From contig CAKOVK010000003.1 in the NCBI GenBank assembly GCA_934121925.1, positions 6,118 through 70,117 on the forward strand: a DNA stretch of 64,000 nt. The letters run 5' to 3'. The first letter of the stretch is position 1. Each line of letters begins with the position of its first letter. The notes beneath the pieces are model-generated. The model searched no databases. It saw only the letters and a list, made by a program, of their open reading frames with translations, and was not told the DNA's origin. This document shows, piece after piece, positions 9,488-18,100 of this stretch. The translations under genes were made by a program, and so were the position numbers. This DNA comes from an uncultured Clostridia bacterium. GTDB lineage: Bacteria > Bacillota > Clostridia > TANB77 > CAG-508.

Positions 9488-9625
9488 TCACAAGTTTTCA
9501 TTGTCTAGCAAACCTAAAATATAAACTTTAATAAGTATACTATAAATACCTTCTATTTGCAACAACTCTTCATCTGTAAAAATATTTTTGTTGTTTTTGA
9601 TTCTTTCTATTACTAATTTTTCCAT
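9488..9625 (-). CDS. hypothetical small protein (45 aa)
   Basis: ATG preceded by AGGAGAAAAAATAAA. Translates MEKLVIERIKNNKNIFTDEELLQIEGIYSILIKVYILGLLDNENL. Below the ORF-track length cut-off. Confidence 0.3.
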   Translation of the reverse strand: MEKLVIERIKNNKNIFTDEELLQIEGIYSILIKVYILGLLDNENL

Positions 9626-9687
9626 TTTATTTTTTCTCCTTATCAGAGAAACGCGTTTCTTAATCTAGTTAAATTATATTTACATTT

Positions 9688-9756
9688 TTCGACAAAGTCA
9701 AGAAAAAGCGTTCGACAAAATATTACTCTCACAAGGATTTTGAGAAATTCGACAAA
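9688..9756 (+). promoter_or_regulatory. three direct TTCGACAAA repeats upstream of the XRE-Spo0E-like gene (putative operators)
   Basis: TTCGACAAA at 9688, 9711 and 9748. Related ATTCGACA copies lie at 10291..10297 (inverted) and 11711..11717. Confidence 0.35.
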
Positions 9757-9873
9757 ATAAAATTGGCTTTTTGCAATGGTTACAGAAGTTCAATATGTCG
9801 CTACCAGCGACACGTAGAAATAAAAAAATAATTGTATTAAAATATGGACATAATAATTTTTAGAGGTAATTTT

Positions 9874-10197
9874 ATGTTTGTATTCGTAATTAAAAATATT
9901 AGATTAAAAAAATCTTTGACTATATATCAATTAAGTAAAATGACAAATATTGCTCGAACATATTTAGTTGAATTAGAGAACAATAAAAAATTTAATCCTT
10001 CTCTTAAAACTATGTATAAGATAGCAAATGCTCTTGAGGTTAAAGTTGATGATTTGTTTTACTCTGAATTAGATATAGAAAACTTAAAAGAAGAAATGTA
10101 TCGAAAGATAGATAAATACGGAAGAAATTCAAAAGAAGTTTTAGAAGTTTCACAAGTTATTGATTTATTAATTAATATTAAAATGAATAAAGACTAG
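9874..10197 (+). CDS. XRE-family HTH protein fused to a Spo0E-like C-terminal domain
   Basis: Start ATG 9874 follows AGAGG (the track ORF begins at 9844). HTH region LTIYQLSKMTNIARTYLVELENNKK. The C-terminus IENLKEEMYRKIDKYGRNSKEVLEVSQVIDLLI matches the Spo0E-family pattern (..SxEvLxxSQxlDxLI). Confidence 0.65.
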   Translation: MFVFVIKNIRLKKSLTIYQLSKMTNIARTYLVELENNKKFNPSLKTMYKIANALEVKVDDLFYSELDIENLKEEMYRKIDKYGRNSKEVLEVSQVIDLLINIKMNKD

Positions 10198-10214
10198 CCT
10201 CTCTCAGCTAGTCT
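10191..10214 (+). terminator. terminator after the XRE-Spo0E-like gene
   Basis: AGACTAGC-ctctctca-GCTAGTCT hairpin followed by TTGCTGTTTT. Confidence 0.5.
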
Positions 10215-10316
10215 TTGCTGTTTTCCTACAGCCCCCACAGTATTTATTTCTAAATACTTTATTATTATAGCATATCGATTTTGAAAAATGTGTCGAATTG
10301 TGACAAAAAACTAGCT

Positions 10317-10733
10317 TTAATTGCTAGTTTTTTCATTATCCTCTATTAGCTTATTTACATTTATAGCAGGTAAAATTAATGGCGGTACATTAGCGCTCGC
10401 AGTATATGTAGAAACAATTGCTCTTATATATGGAAATAGTATTGCTATTGCATTAGGTTCAAAATTAATATTTTTTTCATTATTTTCAACTGTAAAATAT
10501 CCTGTTAATACTACTTTCATTTCAAATGGATAATTATTTTTTTCTGCTTCTTTAAAAATTGTTGTCATTAGTTTTACTTCTATATTGTTCTCTGTTTTTT
10601 TTACATCTTTCTCTATATTAAATATTATTGACATCTTTTCATCTTTTTTTATAAAATTTTCATTATTTTTAAAACTAATCTCATCTACTACATATTGGTT
10701 AAATCTTAATATACTTACATATTCTTGCTCCAT
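10317..10733 (-). CDS. SecB-like chaperone
   Basis: 138 aa. LRFNQYVVDEISF, FEMKVVLTGYFTV and AILFPYIRAIVSTYTASANVPPLILPAINV align with E. coli SecB ([55 protein letters not shown]). Confidence 0.75.
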   Translation of the reverse strand: MEQEYVSILRFNQYVVDEISFKNNENFIKKDEKMSIIFNIEKDVKKTENNIEVKLMTTIFKEAEKNNYPFEMKVVLTGYFTVENNEKNINFEPNAIAILFPYIRAIVSTYTASANVPPLILPAINVNKLIEDNEKTSN

Positions 10734-10753
10734 TTTTTCCTCCTATGAATAGC

Positions 10754-10981
10754 TTATCCAACTTTTAAATATGTATCATCTGTAAATGTATTCATAACAT
10801 CCACAGAAAAATATTGATTGGTTAAAACATATTCCTTTTTTTCTTCTTTTTCTAAAAACAAGTTATAGTTTCTTTTAGTATATATCTTGTCATATTCTTT
10901 ACAATCCTTTTTAAATTCTTCACTTGTTATATTTTTAGCAATCTCTCTGATTTCTTTCAATAGATTTTCAAAATTATTCAT
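10754..10981 (-). CDS. small hypothetical protein (75 aa), candidate antitoxin of a TAC-like module
   Basis: Its SD AGGAGG lies inside the end of the upstream gene, with ATG 1 nt after that gene's TGA. The C-terminus is aromatic-rich (YVLTNQYFSVDVMNTFTDDTYLKVG). Confidence 0.5.
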   Translation of the reverse strand: MNNFENLLKEIREIAKNITSEEFKKDCKEYDKIYTKRNYNLFLEKEEKKEYVLTNQYFSVDVMNTFTDDTYLKVG

Positions 10982-10982
10982 C

Positions 10983-11654
10983 TCAAATCCTCCTTATAAT
11001 TCTTTCGCTATTTGTTCTGTTTATATGTATATGTTCAAAAAAATGCTTTATTCTACTTGTGTCATTGTAAACTTGATTGTGTATAATATTTTTTACTCTC
11101 TTGACACATATTTGAGTTTGAATATATTTTTCGAAGTTTTTATTAGATCTAATTTCATTCTTTTTTATTTCTTTTCTATAAGATGCAACTAATATATCAA
11201 AATTTTCAAAAAATCCTCTTTTTTGGATCATATAAATCCAAAATACATCATCTTTCTTTTGGGCTTCTTCAAGGTCTTCTTTGTTTAAATTTGACTTTAC
11301 TATTGTCTGAAACTCCTCAAACAATATTGTTCCTTCTGGAGAAGTTAAATCTAACATTTTGCTCTTTTCTATAAATATTTCGGCTTTAAAAATAGTTTTA
11401 TTTCTTATAATATTATTCCATATTGCTTTTTTTGAAAAAGAATGTATGTGTATATAATTCCATTCAACTGCATAATATAAGCTCTTCCAAAAGTAAACTC
11501 CTTTACCTAGCCATTGTTCTTCATCCTTGCATTTATTTAAATCATACCCAAACTTAATAATACTTTCTTCATTGCTTTTATTAGTAGCGTGATATCCTTC
11601 TATAATTTCTTGGTCCATTGCTGCTCCCATATTATATTTTTCTTTTTTACACAT
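10983..11654 (-). CDS. DUF3990-like protein (possible ADP-ribosyltransferase-like fold), candidate toxin
   Basis: 223 aa. GYHATN, LGKGVYFW, FDILVASY and TQICVKRV recall the DUF3990 pattern (YHGS, FGxGFY, YDiV.G, QiCF). The start may be the ATG at 11618, preceded by GGGAG. Confidence 0.45.
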   Translation of the reverse strand: MCKKEKYNMGAAMDQEIIEGYHATNKSNEESIIKFGYDLNKCKDEEQWLGKGVYFWKSLYYAVEWNYIHIHSFSKKAIWNNIIRNKTIFKAEIFIEKSKMLDLTSPEGTILFEEFQTIVKSNLNKEDLEEAQKKDDVFWIYMIQKRGFFENFDILVASYRKEIKKNEIRSNKNFEKYIQTQICVKRVKNIIHNQVYNDTSRIKHFFEHIHINRTNSERIIRRI

Positions 11655-11840
11655 TTTATACCAGGAATTTCAACAATACAAGAATTTTTCATCGCAGTTT
11701 TTTTACATTATTCGACATTATTATAATGTATTAATGTTACAGTCATATTGCTATTGTTTTACATTTATATATCATATATTATATCATTATTATCAATTTA
11801 TGTAAAGTTTTCAGATTTTATAGAATTAAATTAATTAAGA

Positions 11841-11872
11841 AGAATAAGGAATAGAAAATTATTCCTTATTCT
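11841..11872. terminator. terminator closing the late (lysis) operon
   Basis: AGAATAAGGAAT / ATTCCTTATTCT 12-bp perfect stem, located downstream of the endolysin stop. Confidence 0.65.
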
Positions 11873-11982
11873 AAAGATTCAAAAATTATTGAAATTAAGC
11901 CAAAAATAGACCTTTCAAAATCGCTTTTAAGCCTTTTTTATTTTCCAGGAATATACTTATATGCCTTGGTTTTTGGGTGTTT

Positions 11983-12861
11983 TTAATATTTTGAAACTAA
12001 TTTGCAATAATCTAAACACACCCATCCACTTGGAGTCTTTGCCCAATTATTTTTTATTTCATACGTATCAAATCTTGTTCCATTAATATATGTTTTTACA
12101 ATTTTATAATTGGTACTAGCTCCGCTTCTAACATTTAATCCTGATTTAGTATTTACTACATACTTTCCTAAAGCATATCTTGAAGAGTTTTGTACTTCAC
12201 TATTTTCTTTATTAGTATAGTCTAAACAAATCCATCCAGCACCAGATTTTAATTTTCCCCAGTTCCCTTGTGTTTCTATTATAGTATATGTTCCTTTATC
12301 TCTAATACAACCTACTATATTATAATTAGTACCTGCTCCTGCTCTTATATTTAAAGCATTTGCTGTCACTTTAACTAAATAACCTTCTGTTTTATTTTCG
12401 ATAGGTTTGTTTTCAGTAGATTTAACAGTAGCATTTGCAATTTCTTCAAAAGGATAGTTCTTTCCAGGACAAGCTGTTGCATTTACGTCTCTATGCCTTT
12501 GAACTTTAGTAATACCATATTTATTTTTTAAGTATGCAACTAATTCTTTTAACGCTTGTTTTTGTACATCTCCCATTGTTTCATTTTCAAAGTTGCCTTC
12601 AGCACAAATTCCAATACTATCTGTATTAGATCCATAAGCATGTGCTCCGACAGCCTCTTCTCTTCTTCCTCTATATATAGCCCCATCTTTTCTTACAAAG
12701 AAATGATATCCAATGCATGTCCAGCCTTTGTTTTTATGCCATCTATCTACATCATCTGCTGAGCAATTTGACACTGCAGCATGATGTAATATAATTCTAT
12801 TAGTTGTATTTCTATTACTTAATCCTCCATTCAATGAGTAAGTCCTTTCAATTATATTCAT
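11983..12861 (-). CDS. endolysin: N-acetylmuramoyl-L-alanine amidase (Amidase_2/PGRP) with two SH3-type wall-binding repeats
   Basis: HHAAV, GYHFFVRKDG, AHAYGSNTDSIGI and ATACPG amidase motifs. Two repeats follow, of the form LNIRAGAGTNYNIVG...W.KL..GAGWICLDY. Confidence 0.9.
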   Translation of the reverse strand: MNIIERTYSLNGGLSNRNTTNRIILHHAAVSNCSADDVDRWHKNKGWTCIGYHFFVRKDGAIYRGRREEAVGAHAYGSNTDSIGICAEGNFENETMGDVQKQALKELVAYLKNKYGITKVQRHRDVNATACPGKNYPFEEIANATVKSTENKPIENKTEGYLVKVTANALNIRAGAGTNYNIVGCIRDKGTYTIIETQGNWGKLKSGAGWICLDYTNKENSEVQNSSRYALGKYVVNTKSGLNVRSGASTNYKIVKTYINGTRFDTYEIKNNWAKTPSGWVCLDYCKLVSKY

Positions 12862-12862
12862 A

Positions 12863-13063
12863 CTATTTTTCCTCCTTTTCAGTTATGGCTTTTTGCCCTA
12901 ATAAGTATGTACCTATTACTCCTTGTACAACTGCTATAATTTGTACTATTTGTATTGCGTAAGGTATTGTTATTCCTTCTACTGCATTAATTCCTGCTAC
13001 TAATGCACTCACTATTGCTAATATGTTTGTCGCATATTTTGCTATTTTTTTAATTTTTTCCAT
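12863..13063 (-). CDS. holin
   Basis: About 66 aa with two hydrophobic helices and a charged tail (EKEEK). ATG 13063 follows AAGGAG. Sits between the XhlA-like gene and the endolysin. Confidence 0.7.
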   Translation of the reverse strand: MEKIKKIAKYATNILAIVSALVAGINAVEGITIPYAIQIVQIIAVVQGVIGTYLLGQKAITEKEEK

Positions 13064-13068
13064 AAAAA

Positions 13069-13311
13069 TCACTCCTTCATATTTTTTAAATCTCTAATAT
13101 CGTGTTCTGCTTCTGTCATTCTTCCTTCTAATTTAAAAGTTCTTTCTATTACTGTATTGTGTTTATTTACCTTTTCTTCTAATTGTTGCAATCTATAATT
13201 TGTCAATTTGCTTGTTACTAATATACCCCCTATTGTACCTACACAAGTTCCAAGAAAGCCTATTATTGCTACTAGTACTGTACTATCCAAATTCTCACCC
13301 CTTTTGCTCAT
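13069..13311 (-). CDS. XhlA-like membrane protein (lysis accessory)
   Basis: 80 aa. N-terminal TM (VLVAIIGFLGTCVGTIGGILV) followed by a coiled coil, as in XhlA-family proteins. Lies directly upstream of the holin. Confidence 0.6.
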   Translation of the reverse strand: MSKRGENLDSTVLVAIIGFLGTCVGTIGGILVTSKLTNYRLQQLEEKVNKHNTVIERTFKLEGRMTEAEHDIRDLKNMKE

Positions 13312-13333
13312 TTTCCAATTTTTCTATCGTTTT

Positions 13334-15154
13334 TTAATCTATAAAAAACGACGTACCATCAATACTTACCCATTGTCCTTTTGTATAAAAAGATAAGTCT
13401 AAGATTCCGTTTGGATTAACATATACATTTTTGAATGTATCACTGACACTAACAACTAGTATATTATTTACTTTGGGTCTATAACCATATGGTAATGTTC
13501 CTACATTTGTATCTGAGTTAGTATCGTTTCTTATAGTTCCTCGTAAAAATACTTGATTGTTTATTTTTCTATATTGAGCAGTATTATAATCTGTAGAGTG
13601 TCTTTTCCAGTTCGCATCTAAAGGTATGTCTTTCCATCCAGTATCGCTTAAGCTTAAAACTGCTAATCCTTCAACTTGCAATGGTCCTCCAACATTTTCA
13701 TCATAAAGCGCTCCAAACGATATTCCTTTTTTCCCATAGTGCATTAAAACATTACCTCTTCTAACGCGCCTTATATATTCAGATGGTGAAGATATATTCC
13801 AGCTGTCGTTTAAGCGAATATAAACTTCAAATTCCTCATCTTTAGTAAAACCATTTGCTCCTAAATTGCCTTCAATAGGAGCGTTGACCGTAAATTCTCC
13901 TGTTGTTTCATTTACTGTTATATATGAAGCATTTATTGTTTTTAATTCGCCAAGCTCTTCCCCTTGAGGAGCGTTGTATTTAACAGTTATTCCACTCATT
14001 GTTTTCCCTTTTGCAATTAATCTTGTAGTAGTGTCAATATTATTGTCTCTTTTTAATTCTAATTCTGTGAAATATGCTGGTATATATCTGCTTATAGTAA
14101 GTTCTTTTTTTGCTTGTGTCGTATTCCCTCTGCTATCTGTTATAGCGACTATTATTGAGCCGTTTCCATTTATGAGTTCATTGTCCTTAACTATTGCAAA
14201 TGGATCTATAAAATCTATTTGATATATTCCTGTTCCTACAATATCAGACACATCTAAAGTTTTTGTTGTCATTCCTGCTGTGATTTTTACTTTCTTTAAT
14301 TCAGCTGAATTAACTCCATTACTATTTAAGATTTTACTAACATTTACATATATATTGCTTTTATCATTATAAGGTCCATACCCTGATGTTAATTCTGTTA
14401 TTTCTGTTCCTTCATTACCTGTTACAGTAAATGTTAAAGCATTTGGATTGCTATTTTTTATATAACAGGTTCCTTCTTTTATCGTATATCCTAAAGCTGT
14501 ATTATTTATGTAAGTATTTAATCTTATTCTAATTTTAGATGTGTTTCTAGTTTTAATTTTGGAATATATCGTATTTATTACACTGCTTAAATCTAAAGTA
14601 AATTCTTTATTAGTCGTTGTTAAACTCTTTACATTTTTCCACGAATTACTATCATCCATTACGTCTAAATATAATAAATAATTGTAATTTTGATTTGTTT
14701 TGTCGTCTATTTTAATTTTTAAATTGTTTCCAACTATAAAATCTATACTATCTTTTATATTTGAGGCAACATATCCTGTAGGAGTAGTTAAAGTTTTATC
14801 TGCTCCAGAATCTATTTTTGCACTACCCCCATTAGTTGTTTTCACTATTACTCTACAATTTGTTATTTCATTACAAGCGTATCCTTTTTCAAACCATAAC
14901 CAGTCTCCGTTTTCTGGAAATATAGCTTCTCCACCACCCCTGTTTGGAGAATTAGCTTTTATTTGTCTACCATAATTGTTGCCTTCTGTCCAAACTTCAG
15001 CAACTAGATTATATCCATACCAATAGTTCTTATCTATATTCCATTTAATTTTCCAGCGTATGCCTAATCTAGGACCATCTCTTGTTGTTTCATACTCTGT
15101 TGTAAAGTAAATATGTTGCCAACCTGTTCCTCTTCCTTCATTGAATACTTGCAT
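13334..15154 (-). CDS. tail fibre / receptor-binding protein (putative)
   Basis: 606-aa ORF between the large tail/baseplate protein and the lysis cassette. SD TAAGGAGG. No specific motif recognised. Confidence 0.5.
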   Translation of the reverse strand: MQVFNEGRGTGWQHIYFTTEYETTRDGPRLGIRWKIKWNIDKNYWYGYNLVAEVWTEGNNYGRQIKANSPNRGGGEAIFPENGDWLWFEKGYACNEITNCRVIVKTTNGGSAKIDSGADKTLTTPTGYVASNIKDSIDFIVGNNLKIKIDDKTNQNYNYLLYLDVMDDSNSWKNVKSLTTTNKEFTLDLSSVINTIYSKIKTRNTSKIRIRLNTYINNTALGYTIKEGTCYIKNSNPNALTFTVTGNEGTEITELTSGYGPYNDKSNIYVNVSKILNSNGVNSAELKKVKITAGMTTKTLDVSDIVGTGIYQIDFIDPFAIVKDNELINGNGSIIVAITDSRGNTTQAKKELTISRYIPAYFTELELKRDNNIDTTTRLIAKGKTMSGITVKYNAPQGEELGELKTINASYITVNETTGEFTVNAPIEGNLGANGFTKDEEFEVYIRLNDSWNISSPSEYIRRVRRGNVLMHYGKKGISFGALYDENVGGPLQVEGLAVLSLSDTGWKDIPLDANWKRHSTDYNTAQYRKINNQVFLRGTIRNDTNSDTNVGTLPYGYRPKVNNILVVSVSDTFKNVYVNPNGILDLSFYTKGQWVSIDGTSFFID

Positions 15155-15163
15155 TTTTCCTCC

Positions 15164-18100
15164 TTAATCATCCATGGTCACCATTACTGTACCATCATCT
15201 CTTACTGTTTCTCTCACTTTTCCTTTAGTTAACTTTTCATTAATTCTTGTTGAGTTCATTTTTGTTTCATCTGGATTGAAACTCACTTCTGTTTTTCCAT
15301 TTAATGTATTGATAATCTTATCTTCGCTCGAAGTTATTACATGTTTCATATTATCATTTGTATTTGTAACAGTAATTCCATCTTCATTTATTGTTACATT
15401 GTCAGATTTAAACTCTCCATTATGTCTCTGCCAACCTAAAGGTGCATTTCCTTTGTTTAAAATTCTATCTGAAATATAGCAAAAATTATTATCACAAATT
15501 ATTTCAATTATTACTGAATTGTCAGAACTGTTTATGTTAGCAGAAAACTTTTGCCATGTTTCTGGTTCTGCTTCTATTTGGTATTCTTCTATTTTGTCAC
15601 TTACTATTTTTATAGTTACATTTGTTAATTCTGTTTTATATACTAAACAACTAAAAGTATAATCTTCTAAAGGTATTATATTTATTTCTTGTGTTATAAC
15701 AGTTCCATTTATAATTTTTATTGCACTTTTAGATATTGTTTTTTCTTTAACATCTATATTCTTCTCTATACTTACAGTTCCTGTAGTTGAATGATATAAA
15801 TCTAATCCGTTCTCTAAAGTTGAATTTTGAATTAAATTTATTCCTCCAGCATTTTCTGTTGTAAAACTAAAACTATCTATATTTTGCTTATATTCTGTTA
15901 GTTTTTCGTTTACAACAGCAACTTTTTGATTTATTTCGTCGGTTGTGATTTTCTGCTCTGCAAACTTTTCAACTGTTTTCGTATAGTTTTTACTTGCATT
16001 TTGTTTTGTTTCATACATATCTGATAAGCCATTATCTCTAACGTAAACTATATCTAATTCTGCGTCACTAAATATATTTGTTACGTTTTTATATGTATGT
16101 AATTGTTCTATCTTATTCCAAGCTTCTTGCTGTGCTGTGGTGTAAGGTACTATTTCTTCTTCTGCTAGTTCATATTCTACGATTACAGGGGTACCATTTG
16201 CATATTGAGTTGCTAACCAAGTTTTAAACTCATCAGTAGTTATATTTCCATTAACTCTAATATATATGTTTACGTTTCTAGTATTTCCGCATATTCCTAC
16301 CTGTGTTTGAGAATCATAATATACTGTTGTATCGCATTTAAAATGTGTACTTAAAACATTATCAAGCCCTATTTTTTTATCAGGTGTTAAACTTAAACTA
16401 AAACCAAATCTAGTAGTAGATGTATTAACATATACGTTAGTAATGCCTTCTGTTCCATTCAACACAATCTGTTTTCTCTTATGATGTATTCCATCACTTG
16501 CTAGATAAGAGCCTTCGTATAATTTTTGTCCTTCACTTAGTGGAAAATCTACTTTTTGTTCTTGGTATGGTTTGTATGGTGTTGCTGTTGTGCCTAGTTC
16601 TATTTGAATTGAATATATAATCAATTTATTAGCACTATAATTAGGGTAGTTTACATATCCTTTAAGATAAAAATTTCCCTCGCTATCAGTTATAAAAGTT
16701 TTTGTTAGGATAGACCTTGTCATTGAAGGGATTAATACTCCATAATATTGATTGTCATGTCCAGATGTATTTGCTAAATTAAAATAAGCATAATTAACAC
16801 CACTAATTTCTGTTTGACAATCTATTGATATTGTATATTTAGTATTAGGTTTTAAATTCCAGTTTTGAATACTTTTAAAATAACTGTTTTGATTTTCTGT
16901 TCCTTGAAAAGTTATAATACTATTATCAATAATTGCATTAACAGTACTAGGAATTTTTAAATTATCATACCAACTATTAATGTCAAATCTATTCTTCCTT
17001 TCAACTTTAACCTCTAATGAGTTGTATGGAACGTATGGGGTTGCTACTGTGCCTTCTTCTAGTTGAGTTTCTAAATTGTCTACGTCATCTATTGCTCCTG
17101 TTGTCCCTGCAGGTGTATTCTCATAAGTTGTTACTCTTAAATAAGCAATGTCCCCTGTTCCCTGTGCAGTTCCTAATGTGAAAAGTGAAGAATTTAAAGA
17201 AAAATAACTAACAAGAATTGCTCCTGTTCTTCCTAAAAATTCTTTATTTGAGTTGTATGCAGCCACGAAAGTTTGTAATGTGTTTGCTAAACCACTTAAG
17301 TAATAGTTTGGATTTTGATTAAAATCTACTGCTATATAATCAGAACTTGCTCTCGTTTCGTCAGCAAATTGATGTCCATCCGTAGAATTTATTCCAATTC
17401 CTTTTACCCAGCCACTGAATTTATTCTTTCCTTCTACATTCTCTATTTCACTAGGATAATCTGAACTTGGACTTGCTCCGTATTGTTCGTATGTGTCATC
17501 AGCTATTGTTGCTTTTCGTAACATTGGTTTGAATAATAATTTATTTATTGTTAAGCCTTTCTGAATAAATATAGCTATTTGAACTATTGTTGTAGTATCT
17601 ATTGTAAATTCTCCACTGCCATTGCCAATATCTATAGAACCTAAAACACTATAACTACCTGTCTCTTGGATAGCTAACCTATAAGTATTAATAGCACCCC
17701 CACTAGGACAGCCATTTAAAACATATGTTCCTGGGCTTAAATCATATCTATTGATAATCAAACTGCTGTTAGCAGTGGTATCATTTGTACCATCTGCTAA
17801 AACTGTTCCATCGCTATTCACAGTAAATGTTATTCCGTTTGATATTTTTGTAGTTGCAGTATTATCAAGTAAGTTCTTCCCACTTCTTGTAGCTTGAGTT
17901 GTTGAGCCTTTTACTTTTATACTTACTAATAAGTCATCGCTACTGTCTTCTAAGTGTATATTCTTTCCTGTAGCTTCTCCTTCTGTGTTTGTTATGTTTT
18001 CTACTGATTGCTCTACTGATGATACTTTTGTAGTTATACTGTCTTGTTGTAACTCAATTGCTGCTATTGAAGCACTTGTATCAGTTATAAAATTTGCCAA

